From IMG/VR virus record IMGVR_UViG_3300045747_000505: a stretch of DNA of 64,000 nt. One strand, given 5' to 3'. Of this stretch, positions 63,874 through 64,000 are shown one piece after another. The notes under the pieces were generated by a model that was not told where the DNA came from, did not search any database, and saw only the letters and a list, made by a program, of their open reading frames with translations. This DNA is from a virus. Taxonomy: Duplodnaviria > Caudoviricetes. Numbering within the stretch: the first letter of the stretch is position 1; each line of letters starts with the position of its first letter. The position numbers and the translations under genes are program-made.

Positions 63874-63984
63874 GTTTGCATCCAATCTGTTGCGTCCTCT
63901 ATTTATCTGCGTGCTCGTCCTGCGCCCAAGTCGAGGGCAATACATAGCTTGATACAATGAGAACAACATAGCAAAGGATACTCC

Positions 63985-64000
63985 ATGGCTGACACTGCCA
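63985..64000 (+). CDS. Start of a truncated CDS
   Basis: TACAAT 63953-63958, AAGGA RBS, ATG at 63985. Confidence 0.4.

Overview
This window is part of a large, GC-rich tailed myophage (jumbo-phage-like) genome with T4-type late promoters (TAAATA). I found no bacterial housekeeping genes, tRNAs, CRISPR array or mobile element. Recognisable content: two-subunit type IIA topoisomerase, ThyA, PhoH, two J-domain proteins, an RNA/tRNA repair set (Rnl1-like ligase, KptA/Tpt1, Thg1-like, PTH2-like, YqeY), a macro domain, a SLOG protein, an SCO copper chaperone, a PsiF-like protein, a 13-kb tail-fibre/virion cluster and many small early ORFs. Highlights: (1) an SF2 helicase with Walker A at its extreme C-terminus (circular permutation), paired with a TAGT/GREB1-type glycosyltransferase next to thyA; (2) a set of late genes with capsid-targeting-like N-termini encoding a T7 gp0.7-like kinase, three ADP-ribosyltransferase-like proteins and an AAA+ ATPase, which suggests an injected effector arsenal; (3) a repeated GTAAC..GTTACAC element that often contains the upstream stop codon and lies 20-21 or 30-32 nt before a -10 box. 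All family calls are by motif recognition, not database search.
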